From: Negativicutes bacterium
Lineage (GTDB): Bacteria; Bacillota; Negativicutes; SKW292
Assembly (NCBI GenBank): GCA_026416215.1
Contig: JAOAFP010000007.1
Span: forward strand, 1 to 32,544
Direction: 5' to 3'
Length of the DNA: 32,544 nucleotides
Part shown: one piece after another, positions 1-11,352 of the stretch
How the letters are laid out: every line of letters starts with the position of its first letter
How positions within the stretch are numbered: the first letter of the stretch is position 1
Made by a program: the position numbers and the translations under genes
The notes under the pieces: model-generated
Told to the model about the DNA's origin: nothing
What the model saw: the letters and a program-made list of their open reading frames with translations, nothing else
The model's database searches: none

Positions 1-225
1 GTCCTGGATGACGGCGGCATCACCAGCATCAACATCATCACGGGGAAGAATCTCCTGCGCCGCCCCCGCCAGACCCTCAGCTTTGACCTCAGCTATGCCC
101 GGGGGCCGGTGGAACTCAATTTCCACGGCCTGTATGTGGGGGTGCGGGAGGATCGCCGGCCCTCCTTTCTGCCGCCGTATTTTGCCGTCCGGTCCGGGCG
201 ACGGACCGGACAGAAGAGGAGATGA
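1..225 (+). CDS. 3' end of an ORF entering from the left edge (frame 1, stop TGA 223-225). Product unknown. The beta-strand-like tail weakly resembles the C-terminal barrel strands of a TonB-dependent receptor.
   Basis: Absent from the ORF track because there is no Met inside the window. Frame 1 is open from nt 1 with strong G/C third-position bias. It translates to VLDDGGITSINIITGKNLLRRPRQTLSFDLSYARGPVELNFHGLYVGVREDRRPSFLPPYFAV... The overlapping track ORF 8..295 (frame 2) is Ala/Pro/Arg/Ser-rich junk. Confidence 0.4.
   Translation, partial: VLDDGGITSINIITGKNLLRRPRQTLSFDLSYARGPVELNFHGLYVGVREDRRPSFLPPYFAVRSGRRTGQKRR
187..211 (+). other. Perfect 10-bp inverted repeat (GTCCGGTCCG / CGGACCGGAC, loop GGCGA) just upstream of the atpB ribosome-binding site
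   Basis: Read directly: 187-196 pairs with 202-211. No T-tract follows, so it is not a canonical intrinsic terminator. It lies in the last codons of the upstream ORF, about 5 nt before the GAGGAG RBS of atpB. Confidence 0.6.
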
Positions 226-231
226 TATTGT

Positions 232-891
232 ATGGAAGAGCATCATGTGGTGCAATGGCTGGGGATGCCGGTCAACATCGACACCCTGCAGATGACCTGG
301 ATAGCGATGGCTATAGTGTTTGTGCTGGCAATTCTCGCTACCAAAAGCCTGTCGCTGGTGCCTGGTCGCTGGCAGTCGGTGTTCGAGCTGGCCATTGAGT
401 ATTTCAGCGGTCAAGTAGATGAAGTTGTGGGGAGCAGGGGAAAGTTTCTCAAGCCGGTGTTCATCTCCCTGTTTTTGTTTATTCTCACCTGCAACTGGTT
501 TGACCAGATCCCGATCTTCCACGCACCGACCTCCGATCTAAACACCACCCTGGGACTGGCGCTGCTGGTGATCGTGTCGGTGCATGTGCTGGCCCTGTAT
601 TTCCGGGGCGGCAAGTACGTCGCCCACTTTTTCGAGCCATTCAAGGTATTTGTGGTGATCAACCTGATCGAGGAACTGGCCAAGCCGGTGACACTCTCGT
701 TCCGTCTATTTGGCAATATTTTTGCCGGGGCGGTGTTGACCTGGGTGCTGTCAGTCCTGCTGCCCAGCTGGTTTTTCCCGCCGGGGCTGGCCTGGCAGCT
801 GTTCGGGGTGTTCGTTGGCTTCATTCAGGCATTTGTGTTCACTATGCTGTCAATTTCGTATTTTGGCAACGCTCTGAAGGACGGCCATTAA
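232..891 (+). CDS. atpB: F0F1 ATP synthase subunit a
   Basis: 219 aa polytopic membrane protein carrying the conserved subunit-a stretch LSFRLFGNIFAG (essential Arg). GAGGAG RBS lies 10 nt upstream. First gene of the canonical atpBEFHAGDC order. Confidence 0.95.
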   Translation: MEEHHVVQWLGMPVNIDTLQMTWIAMAIVFVLAILATKSLSLVPGRWQSVFELAIEYFSGQVDEVVGSRGKFLKPVFISLFLFILTCNWFDQIPIFHAPTSDLNTTLGLALLVIVSVHVLALYFRGGKYVAHFFEPFKVFVVINLIEELAKPVTLSFRLFGNIFAGAVLTWVLSVLLPSWFFPPGLAWQLFGVFVGFIQAFVFTMLSISYFGNALKDGH

Positions 892-896
892 AATAA

Positions 897-1178
<282 letters not shown>

Positions 1179-1254
1179 TTGCGGCCGGTGACGGGCCCGG
1201 ACCTGACCGGGCGGTGAACGGGACGCAATCTGGGTCAGAACGGGAGGGAGAAAG

Positions 1255-1755
1255 GTGATTAGTCTCAATTTTACGTTGGTTATGCAGATAATCAACTTCC
1301 TGATTTTTTTGCTGATTTTGTGGCGGTTTGCCTATCGGCCGCTGGTGCGGATGCTCGATCAGCGGCGGGCGAAGATCGAGGGAGATCTCAGCGCTGCCCA
1401 GAAAGAGCGTGAGCAGGCCGAGCGGTTGAGTCAGGAAGTGGCGGCCCAGCTGGCCGACGGTCGGCGGCAGGTTCAGGAGATGCTGGACCGGGCCCGCAAG
1501 ACGATGGAGCAGGAACGGGAACAGGCGCTGGCTGCCACCAAGGCCGAACAACAGCGGATGCTCCGGGAAAGCGAGCAGGAGATAGCCATGGCCAGGGACC
1601 GGGCACTGGCCGAGATTCGCCGGGAAATTGTCGGGCTAGCCCTGGCCTGCGCCGGGAAGATCATTCAGGACAAGCTGGATGAAAAGAGCAACGCGGCGAT
1701 GGTTGAGGCCTATATTGACAGGATCGGCGGCAAGGACGGCCGGATGCCATGTTAG
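1255..1755 (+). CDS. atpF: F0F1 ATP synthase subunit b
   Basis: 166 aa with one N-terminal TM helix (MQIINFLIFLLILWRF), then a long charged Ala/Glu/Arg/Gln coiled coil. GTG start after GGGAGGGAG. Position in the operon fits. Confidence 0.9.
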   Translation: MISLNFTLVMQIINFLIFLLILWRFAYRPLVRMLDQRRAKIEGDLSAAQKEREQAERLSQEVAAQLADGRRQVQEMLDRARKTMEQEREQALAATKAEQQRMLRESEQEIAMARDRALAEIRREIVGLALACAGKIIQDKLDEKSNAAMVEAYIDRIGGKDGRMPC

Positions 1756-2306
1756 GCGGGCAGCTGGTCGAGCGCTATACCCAGGCCTTGTACGCAGCGG
1801 CGGCCGAGGCCGGGGTGCGGGCGGAGGTCGGCGACGGCCTGGCGCAGGTGGCCGGGGTGATGAGAGAGAACAAACTGCTGATGGAGGTGCTGTACAGTCC
1901 GGCCATGCCGGCGGTCGGCAAACGGGAGACGCTGGCCGGGATATTCGCCGGGGTACCGCAGTTGCTGCTGAACTTCCTGTACCTGCTGGTGGACAAGGGA
2001 CGGGAGCCACTGGTCATCCCGGTGGCTGACCGGTATCGGGCACTGCTGTTTGAGGAGCGGTCGGTGGCCGAGGCGGAGGTGACCACCGCCTATCCGCTGA
2101 CCGACCGGCAGCGGCAGAAACTGGTGGCCAGGCTGACAGAAATGGTCAACGCCCCGGACCGGGGCGGCGAGGTAAAGGTGGTGCTGAAGGAAAAAATCGA
2201 CCCGGGAATGGTCGGCGGTATAATTGTTAGGATGGGTGACCGTCTGATCGATGGCAGTGTCGGTCGTCAGCTGGCAGCATTATCGAGGCGGCTGCTGGCC
2301 GGTTGA
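1749..2306 (+). CDS. atpH: F0F1 ATP synthase subunit delta (OSCP)
   Basis: 185 aa. Overlaps the atpF stop by 7 nt. The C-terminus IDPGMVGGIIVRMGDRLIDGSVGRQL matches the conserved delta/OSCP motif (GG..v..gd...DgS). Confidence 0.9.
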   Translation: MLGGQLVERYTQALYAAAAEAGVRAEVGDGLAQVAGVMRENKLLMEVLYSPAMPAVGKRETLAGIFAGVPQLLLNFLYLLVDKGREPLVIPVADRYRALLFEERSVAEAEVTTAYPLTDRQRQKLVARLTEMVNAPDRGGEVKVVLKEKIDPGMVGGIIVRMGDRLIDGSVGRQLAALSRRLLAG

Positions 2307-2336
2307 CGACGGCCGACTAATTTCTCAGGCAGAGAG

Positions 2337-3878
2337 GTGACGGGACAAATCATGAAAATAAGACCAGAAGAAATTACGGCCATTCTGAAAAAACAGATTG
2401 CCGAGTACAACGTCGATCTAAGCGTGGACGAGGTCGGCACGGTGTTGTCGGTAGGCGACGGGGTGGCAAGGGTTTACGGGCTGGAAAAGGCTATGGCCGG
2501 CGAGCTGCTGGAATTTCCCAATGAGGTTTACGGGATGGTGCTGAACCTGGAGGAAGAGCAGGTCGGGGTTGTGCTGCTGGGCGGCGACCTGCTGATCAAG
2601 GAGGGCGACACCGTCCGGCGGACCGGCCGGATTATGTCGATTCCGGTCAGCGATCACTTGATCGGAAGGGTGGTCAATGTTCTGGGGCAGCCAATTGACG
2701 GCAAAGGACCGATTGAGGCCAGCGAGTACCGGCCGCTGGAGTTTCTGGCCCCCGGTATCGCTGATCGCCAGCCGGTCAAGGAACCGTTGCAGACCGGGAT
2801 TAAGGCCATCGATTCGATGATCCCGATTGGCCGCGGTCAGCGCGAGCTTATCATCGGTGACCGCCAGATCGGCAAGACGGCTATCGCCATTGACACCATA
2901 ATCAACCAGAAGGGCAAAGGCGTGATCTGCGTCTATGTGGCAATCGGCCAGAAGGAATCGTCGGTGGCCCGCCTGGTCAAGACGCTGGAGGACAACGGGG
3001 CGATGGAGCACACGATTATCGTCTCGGCTACCGCCAGCGAAAGCTCGACCTTGCAGTATCTGGCTCCCTATGCCGGCTGCGCGGTGGGGGAATACTTTAT
3101 GTTCAGGGGCAAACACGCCCTGTGCGTGTACGACGACCTGACCAAGCAGGCCCAGGCCTACCGGGCAATGTCGCTGCTGCTGCGGCGGCCGCCCGGTCGG
3201 GAAGCCTACCCCGGGGATATTTTCTACTGCCACTCGCGGTTGCTGGAGCGGGCGGCCAAGCTGTCTGACGACATGGGCGGGGGGTCGCTTACCGCGCTGC
3301 CGATAATTGAGACCCAGGCCGGCGACGTCACGGCCTATATTCCGACTAACGTAATATCGATTACCGACGGGCAGATTTATCTTGAAGGAGATCTGTTCTA
3401 CGCCGGGATCCGGCCGGCGATCAACGTCGGGATTTCAGTTTCCCGGGTCGGTGGCAACGCCCAGATCAAAGCCATGAAGCAGGTGGCCGGCCGCTTGCGG
3501 CTGGATATGGCCCAGTACCGCGAACTGGCGGCGTTTGCCCAGTTCGGCTCCGATCTGGACAAGGCCAGCCAGGCGACAATCGCCCGCGGCGAGCGGATGA
3601 CGGTGATTTTGCAGCAGAACCAGTACGAGCCGATGGCGGTGGAGGAGCAGATAATTGCCATCTATGCCGGCACCAGCGGTTTTCTCGACGACGTGAGGGT
3701 TGGCTCGGTCAAGCGGTTTGAGCGTGAGCTGCTGAAGTTCATGCAGGCCAATTACGCCGAGATTGGCAAGAAAATCGCCGAAGAGAAGGTTATTTCCGAC
3801 GAGACCAGGGCTGCTCTGGACAAAGCGCTGCGCGAGTTCAGGGACTCGTTTGCCGATGACTCGTCGGCGGCAAGGTGA
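2337..3878 (+). CDS. atpA: F0F1 ATP synthase subunit alpha
   Basis: Walker A GDRQIGKT and a typical alpha N-terminus [16 protein letters not shown]. The true start may be ATG 2352 (MKIRPEE...) rather than GTG 2337. Confidence 0.97.
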   Translation: MTGQIMKIRPEEITAILKKQIAEYNVDLSVDEVGTVLSVGDGVARVYGLEKAMAGELLEFPNEVYGMVLNLEEEQVGVVLLGGDLLIKEGDTVRRTGRIMSIPVSDHLIGRVVNVLGQPIDGKGPIEASEYRPLEFLAPGIADRQPVKEPLQTGIKAIDSMIPIGRGQRELIIGDRQIGKTAIAIDTIINQKGKGVICVYVAIGQKESSVARLVKTLEDNGAMEHTIIVSATASESSTLQYLAPYAGCAVGEYFMFRGKHALCVYDDLTKQAQAYRAMSLLLRRPPGREAYPGDIFYCHSRLLERAAKLSDDMGGGSLTALPIIETQAGDVTAYIPTNVISITDGQIYLEGDLFYAGIRPAINVGISVSRVGGNAQIKAMKQVAGRLRLDMAQYRELAAFAQFGSDLDKASQATIARGERMTVILQQNQYEPMAVEEQIIAIYAGTSGFLDDVRVGSVKRFERELLKFMQANYAEIGKKIAEEKVISDETRAALDKALREFRDSFADDSSAAR

Positions 3879-3885
3879 GTGAGGC

Positions 3886-6176
<2,291 letters not shown>

Positions 6177-6178
6177 CG

Positions 6179-6595
6179 ATGGCCGGGACTTTCGAGTTTA
6201 CCCTGGTCACCCCCGAGCGGGTGGTCTACGCCAAGCCAGCGAACATGCTGATTGCCCGGACCACCGAGGGCGACATCGGGGTCTTGCCCAGCCACGCCAG
6301 GTTGATGGCAGCCCTGAAGAGCTGGCCGGTGAGGATCATGACGGACGACGGGCGACAGGTGGCGGCGGTTAGCGGCGGCTTCATCGAGGTCCGTCCCGAT
6401 CGGGTTACGGTACTGGCCGATACGGCCGAGCTGGCTGGCAATATCGATGTCGGACGGGCGCAGGCAGCGAAGGAACGGGCAGAAAGCCGGTTGCGTGACC
6501 GGGGCGAGGGAGTGGACATTGCCCGGGCCGAGCGGGCGCTGCGCCGGGCCGAGGCCAGGCTGCTGGCAGCCAGCTGGCAGCTCGGCAAACAATGA
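6179..6595 (+). CDS. atpC: F0F1 ATP synthase subunit epsilon
   Basis: 138 aa. Starts 2 nt after the atpD stop. N-terminal beta-sandwich followed by an Ala/Arg/Glu-rich helical hairpin. Last gene of the operon. Confidence 0.9.
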   Translation: MAGTFEFTLVTPERVVYAKPANMLIARTTEGDIGVLPSHARLMAALKSWPVRIMTDDGRQVAAVSGGFIEVRPDRVTVLADTAELAGNIDVGRAQAAKERAESRLRDRGEGVDIARAERALRRAEARLLAASWQLGKQ

Positions 6596-6605
6596 TGACA
6601 GGCAG

Positions 6606-6637
6606 TGAGCCTCTGGGAGACAGGGGCTCATTTTGTT
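6606..6637 (+). terminator. Intrinsic terminator of the atp operon
   Basis: TGAGCCTCTG (6606-6615) pairs with CAGGGGCTCA (6621-6630). The stem is 10 bp with one G-U, the loop is GGAGA, and TTTTGTT follows. Confidence 0.8.
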
Positions 6638-6710
6638 ACCGGGAAGACTGGTTGGCGGCAGTCATTCAGTGTGGGGCAGATCCGTCTGCCCGGTCCGTCG
6701 GGGAGAGAGG

Positions 6711-7850
6711 ATGACGCAGAAAAATCAGGGACGGACCAGAATCATGATTTTGTCAGCTCCGTTCGGCAGCGGGCACCGTCAGGCCGCCCGAGCGATCGCC
6801 GAGTGGTGGGAAGGGGCTGTCGGGGGAGAATGCCGGGAATTGGATGTGTTTGAGCTCCTGCCAGCCTGGCTGACCCGGGGGCTGGTAAATACCTACCTGA
6901 CCAGCCTGCAAATCGATCAGCGGTTGTACCGCCGGCTCTACCGCGCAAGCAACCGGTCTTCGGGCCGGGGACTGGCCATACGCGGCCTGCTGAACAAGTT
7001 TTTTGCCGGCCAGATAGCCAGGGAGCTGGATCGCTACCGGCCGGCGGCAGTGGTCTGCACTCATGCCACCCCGCTGGGCGGAATGGTGACCCTTGGACGG
7101 AAGGGATGCTTCCGGGGACCGGTCTACTCCGTGGTAACCGACTATACCGTTCACCGCTGGCTGATTTATCGCGACCCGGTAACCTATTTCGTCGGCTGTG
7201 AGGAAAATGCCAGGGAACTGGTGGCGGCGGGAGCCGGACAGGTGACGGTAAGCGGCATTCCCTTGCGGCGGCAGTTTTGCCGGCCGGCCGCTTTCGGGCC
7301 TGGCGGGGATGAACAGGCAGCAACCGCCGGACGGCCAGTGCTAAGGGTGCTGATCAGCGGCGGCGGGCATGGGTTGCTGCCGCTGGTTGATTTGGTCGGC
7401 GCACTGTTGGCCGGCGGTGACGGGCTGAAGCTGACTGTGGTCTGTGGCCGGGCTGACCGGCTCCGCGACCGTCTGCTCCGGTTGTTTGGCCGGGAAGACC
7501 GGCTGACTGTGCTGGGACTGGTCGAGGACATGGCGGCGTTGATGGGCAGGGCCGATTTGATGATCGGCAAGGCGGGCGGGGTGAGCGTGAGCGAGGCCCT
7601 GCAGATGGCGGTGCCAATGATTGTTTACGCCCCGCTGCCCGGGCAGGAGGAAGGCAACTGCAATTGGTTGCTCAGCCACCAGCTGGCCCGGCGGGCGGAT
7701 TCGCTATCCGAACTGGTGGGGATGGTGGCCGGGCTGGCAGATGACCGCGCAGACCTCAGGCGGTGGCGGACGAGACTGCTTCAGCGACCCCGCTGCCCTG
7801 GTGGGGCAATGATCGTCGAGCAGCTGAAGGAGGACTTGCAGCTTGGATAA
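6711..7850 (+). CDS. GT28-family glycosyltransferase, UgtP / MGDG-synthase-like (diacylglycerol glycosyltransferase family)
   Basis: N-terminus ILSAPFGSGHRQAARAI is the MGDG-synthase/UgtP signature. The C-terminal half has the GT-B motif GKAGGVSVSEAL...P. I prefer ATG 6711 (preceded by GGGAGAGAGG) over the track start 6633. Confidence 0.7.
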   Translation: MTQKNQGRTRIMILSAPFGSGHRQAARAIAEWWEGAVGGECRELDVFELLPAWLTRGLVNTYLTSLQIDQRLYRRLYRASNRSSGRGLAIRGLLNKFFAGQIARELDRYRPAAVVCTHATPLGGMVTLGRKGCFRGPVYSVVTDYTVHRWLIYRDPVTYFVGCEENARELVAAGAGQVTVSGIPLRRQFCRPAAFGPGGDEQAATAGRPVLRVLISGGGHGLLPLVDLVGALLAGGDGLKLTVVCGRADRLRDRLLRLFGREDRLTVLGLVEDMAALMGRADLMIGKAGGVSVSEALQMAVPMIVYAPLPGQEEGNCNWLLSHQLARRADSLSELVGMVAGLADDRADLRRWRTRLLQRPRCPGGAMIVEQLKEDLQLG

Positions 7851-8925
7851 GTTCTGTCAGGCTACTTTGTTCACCTGTCCTAGGATCAGGCGGGGACAGC
7901 TGCTTCAGTTGTACATGCAGGCAGTGGCGGCCGGTGCCGGTGGGGGGGAACGGCAGATACTGGCGGCTGCGGCCGGAATCCTGACCGCCGATCAGCTGTC
8001 GGGACTGAGGGAGCACTGGCGGAGGCGCAGCCCGGAGTGGCTGGCCGAACGGTGCCGGCAACTGGGGGCTGAGGTGATCGTTATCGATGACCGGGAATAT
8101 CCGCTGTACCTGAGATCTATCCACCGGCCGCCGCTGGTGTTGTTCTGCCGGGGCAGGCTGCCGGTGGACGGGGCTGACTGCCTGGCCGTGGTGGGAATGC
8201 GGAGGGCATCAGCCTATGGTCGGCAGGTGGCCAGTCAGCTGGCCCGGCAGCTGGCCGAACGGGGAGTGACCATTGTCAGCGGGGCGGCACGGGGGATCGA
8301 CACTGCCGCCCACCAGGGGGCACTGGCGGCCGACGGCGGGCGGACGGTGGCCGTGCTGGGGTGTGGTCTGGACTATGTATACCCGCCGGAAAACAGGCGG
8401 CTGTTGGCCGATATCGCCGAGCGGGGGGCGGTGGTCAGCGAGTATTTGCCGGGGACCAGGCCGTTCCTGGGCCATTTTCCCCAACGCAACCGGATTATCA
8501 GCGGTCTGTGCTGGGGAACGCTGGTGGTCGAGGCGGCGGAGCGGAGCGGTGCGCTGATAACGGCTGATTTCGCCCTTGAACAGGGCCGGGAGGTATACGC
8601 TGTGCCGGGGCCGGTCACCGGTGGCAACAGCCGCGGCTGTCACTGGCTGATCAAACAGGGGGCCAAGCTGGTGGATGGTGTGGATGACATTGCCGGGGAT
8701 TACCGGTTGCCGGCCGGTAAGGGCAAAAGTCAGACACCGCCTGACTTGACGGTCGATGAAAAAATGCTTTATGATTGCCTGCGGGCTGATCGACCGCTGG
8801 CGGCCGATGAGCTGATTGAAATGACCGGAATGCCGGCGGCCCGGATGTCAGCAGCCCTGATGGGCCTGGTGCTTAAGGACGCCGCTGTCGAACACCCGGG
8901 CCAGATGTACAGCCGCGGCTGGTAG
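7843..8925 (+). CDS. dprA: DNA processing protein A (Smf)
   Basis: Rossmann-like DprA core: GMRRASAYGRQVA...IVSGAARGIDTAAHQGAL...TVAVLGCGLDYVYPPEN...FPQRNRIISGL..VVEAAERSGALITA. TTG start overlaps the upstream stop by 8 nt; ATG 7915 is an alternative. Lies next to topA as in Bacillus. Confidence 0.9.
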   Translation: MDKFCQATLFTCPRIRRGQLLQLYMQAVAAGAGGGERQILAAAAGILTADQLSGLREHWRRRSPEWLAERCRQLGAEVIVIDDREYPLYLRSIHRPPLVLFCRGRLPVDGADCLAVVGMRRASAYGRQVASQLARQLAERGVTIVSGAARGIDTAAHQGALAADGGRTVAVLGCGLDYVYPPENRRLLADIAERGAVVSEYLPGTRPFLGHFPQRNRIISGLCWGTLVVEAAERSGALITADFALEQGREVYAVPGPVTGGNSRGCHWLIKQGAKLVDGVDDIAGDYRLPAGKGKSQTPPDLTVDEKMLYDCLRADRPLAADELIEMTGMPAARMSAALMGLVLKDAAVEHPGQMYSRGW

Positions 8926-8963
8926 CGGCGGCGGGAGATGACGGTGACGAAAGTGTCTGAACG

Positions 8964-11168
8964 ATGAAAAATCTGCTGATTGTCGAGTCCCCGACCAAGG
9001 CGCGGACGATCGAAAAGTATCTGGGAAAAGACTATCAGGTCAGGGCGTCGATGGGGCACCTGCGCGACCTGCCCAAATCGCGCCTGGCAGTGGACGTCGA
9101 CAACGGGTTTGTCCCAGAGTATGTAACTATCAGGGGCAAGGCCGGCCTGATCAGGGAATTGCGGAAACTGGCCGGTGCGGCCGACAGGGTGCTGTTGGCC
9201 ACCGACCCCGACCGTGAAGGGGAGGCCATTGCCTGGCAGCTGGCGGAAATCTTGTCCCTGCCGGCCGATGGCTGTTGCCGGGTGGAATTCAACGAGATTA
9301 CCAAGGGGACGGTAGCGGCGGCGATAAGCCGTCCGCGCCCGGTTGACGGTGGCCGGGTTGAGGCTCAGCAGGCCCGGCGGATACTCGACCGGCTGGTGGG
9401 CTACCGGCTCAGCCCGCTGCTGTGGAAAAAGGTCAGGCGGGGACTGAGTGCCGGCCGGGTACAGTCGGTGGCGGTGCGTCTGATCTGCGACCGCGAACAG
9501 GAACGGGAGAATTTTGTCGTCGAGGAGTACTGGACCATTCACGCCTGGTTGATGACAGAGAATGGAGAACGGCTGGTGGCCGAGCTGTCGGCAATCGACC
9601 GGGCCAGGCCGGCCATTGCCGATCAGGAACGGGCAGCGGCTGTCTGCCGGGAAATTGAACAGCAGGAATTTTGGGTCGGTGAGGTCAAGGAAGCCGTTCG
9701 CCGCCGCAACCCGCTGCCGCCGTTCATAACCAGCAGCCTGCAGCAGGATGCATCGCGCAAGCTGGGGTTTTCCGGCAAGCGGACGATGCTGATAGCCCAG
9801 CAGCTGTACGAGGGGCTGCCGATCGGCCAGTCCGGCCCGGTGGGGCTGATCACCTACATGCGGACCGATTCCACCAGGGTGGCGGAGAGTTTTCAGCAGG
9901 AGGCCCGGCAATATATTGCCCGGACCTACGGTCAGGATTATCTGCCGGCCAGGCCGCCGCAGTACGTAAAGAAGCAGGCCCAGGACGCCCACGAGGCAAT
10001 CCGCCCGACGACCATAAGCCTGCCGCCGGAAACAGTCAGACCCCACCTGACAGCTGATCAGTACAGGGTATATCAGCTGATCTGGCAGAGATTCATTGCC
10101 AGCCAGATGGGAGCGGCGGTTTACGATACGGTGGCGGCGAAGCTGACCGCCGGCCGGTTTGGATTCAAGGCCGGCGGCTCAGTTCTGAGATTTGCCGGCT
10201 GGCTGGCGGTGTACAGCGACGAAGCGGAGGAGAATGACCGGCCAATTCCCAAGCTTGCCGCCGGGCAGCGGCTGACATGCGAGGGCGTGGAGGGTAAACA
10301 GCATTTTACCGAGCCACCGCCCCGGTTCAATGAGGCCAGTCTGATCAAGCTCCTGGAGGAAAAGGGGATAGGCAGGCCAAGCACTTACGCCACAATCATC
10401 AGCACCATCCAGGACCGCGGTTATGTGGCCATGGAGGACAAACGCTTTTATCCCACGGTGCTGGGCAGGACGGTAAACGACTTGCTGCTGGACAATTTTG
10501 CCGAGATTGTCGATGTTGATTTCACAGCGACAATGGAGGAAAGGCTGGATCTGATTGCCGAGGGCCGGGACAGCCGCCAGGTGTTGCTCAGCGAGTTTTA
10601 CCGGCGGTTTGCGGCCGAGGTGGAGCGGGCTGAACGGGAACTGCCGCGGGTCAGGATGCCGGAACAGGTAACCGGCGAGATTTGCGAGAAGTGCGGTAAA
10701 AATATGGTGATCCGGTCGGGGCGGTTCGGCGAGTTCCTGGCCTGTCCGGGCTGGCCGGAGTGTAAAAATGCCAAGCCGCTGGCGGTCAGGGTGGATGCCG
10801 TCTGTCCGCTGTGCGGCGGTCAGGTGCTGGAAAAAAAAGGAAAAAACCGGAAGAAATTTTACAGCTGCGCCAACTATCCCCAGTGCGGCTTTACCAGCTG
10901 GGGGATCCCGGTGGCCGACAGCCAGTGCCCGCAGTGCGGAAGCTATCTGGTCCGCAACCCGGGCAGGGGCCGCCGGAAAGAGGTGTGCGGCAACAGCAGG
11001 TGCTCTGATCGTATGCCGGCAGGCGTGAAAAAAAAGACTACCGGCAAACGGCAGCCAACCGGCAGGAAGAGACCGGCGGCCACCCCAGCCGGCCGCACGG
11101 CCGGCAAGGGGCAAAGGAGACCGGCAGGTACCGCCGGGCGGACAGCCGCCGGCAAACGAAAAAAATGA
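8964..11168 (+). CDS. topA: DNA topoisomerase I
   Basis: TOPRIM N-terminus LLIVESPTKARTIEKYLG and the active-site region GLITYMRTDS. Three C-terminal Cys4 zinc ribbons (CEKCG..CPGWPEC, CPLCGG..CANYPQC, CPQCGS..CGNSRC). Ends in a Lys/Arg/Gly/Pro/Thr-rich basic tail of about 50 aa. Confidence 0.95.
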   Translation: MKNLLIVESPTKARTIEKYLGKDYQVRASMGHLRDLPKSRLAVDVDNGFVPEYVTIRGKAGLIRELRKLAGAADRVLLATDPDREGEAIAWQLAEILSLPADGCCRVEFNEITKGTVAAAISRPRPVDGGRVEAQQARRILDRLVGYRLSPLLWKKVRRGLSAGRVQSVAVRLICDREQERENFVVEEYWTIHAWLMTENGERLVAELSAIDRARPAIADQERAAAVCREIEQQEFWVGEVKEAVRRRNPLPPFITSSLQQDASRKLGFSGKRTMLIAQQLYEGLPIGQSGPVGLITYMRTDSTRVAESFQQEARQYIARTYGQDYLPARPPQYVKKQAQDAHEAIRPTTISLPPETVRPHLTADQYRVYQLIWQRFIASQMGAAVYDTVAAKLTAGRFGFKAGGSVLRFAGWLAVYSDEAEENDRPIPKLAAGQRLTCEGVEGKQHFTEPPPRFNEASLIKLLEEKGIGRPSTYATIISTIQDRGYVAMEDKRFYPTVLGRTVNDLLLDNFAEIVDVDFTATMEERLDLIAEGRDSRQVLLSEFYRRFAAEVERAERELPRVRMPEQVTGEICEKCGKNMVIRSGRFGEFLACPGWPECKNAKPLAVRVDAVCPLCGGQVLEKKGKNRKKFYSCANYPQCGFTSWGIPVADSQCPQCGSYLVRNPGRGRRKEVCGNSRCSDRMPAGVKKKTTGKRQPTGRKRPAATPAGRTAGKGQRRPAGTAGRTAAGKRKK

Positions 11169-11173
11169 CCGAG

Positions 11174-11200
11174 AACGCTCCGCTGCCGGCGGAGCGTTTT
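11174..11200 (+). terminator. Intrinsic terminator after topA
   Basis: AACGCTCCGC (11174-11183) pairs with GCGGAGCGTT (11189-11198). The loop is 5 nt and the stem runs into TTTT. Confidence 0.8.
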
Positions 11201-11352
11201 GTCCAGCCGACGGGACTGGGTAGCCGGGCAGGGGCGATGACCGGGAATGGCAAGGCTGGACGCAGCCGGCGGCAGGGCAGGATATTGGCAGCCGGTGTGG
11301 AATGAACCGGGCAGGGCCGTTCGGTAATTTTAAATTGCAACGGAGAATGACA

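Noticed and set aside
8-295. Track ORF of 95 aa in frame 2, spanning the region upstream of and into atpB.
   Set aside because: The composition is Ala/Pro/Ser/Arg/Cys-rich. It overlaps both the better frame-1 ORF tail (strong GC3 bias) and the atpB start, so it is most likely non-coding.
10990-11168. Lys/Arg/Gly/Pro/Thr-rich low-complexity tail of TopA (with imperfect GR(T/K)A-type repeats), considered as a separate feature or a frameshift artefact.
   Set aside because: It is in frame with the zinc-ribbon region and ends at a stop followed by a strong terminator. Basic C-terminal tails are known in type IA topoisomerases of several lineages.
11201-11352. TGGCAG-containing stretch (TTGGCAGCCGGTGTGG) upstream of the ASKHA gene, considered as a sigma-54 promoter.
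   Set aside because: The -12 element does not match. GTGG occupies the position where TTGC is required, with the wrong spacing. No enhancer-binding-protein gene is nearby.
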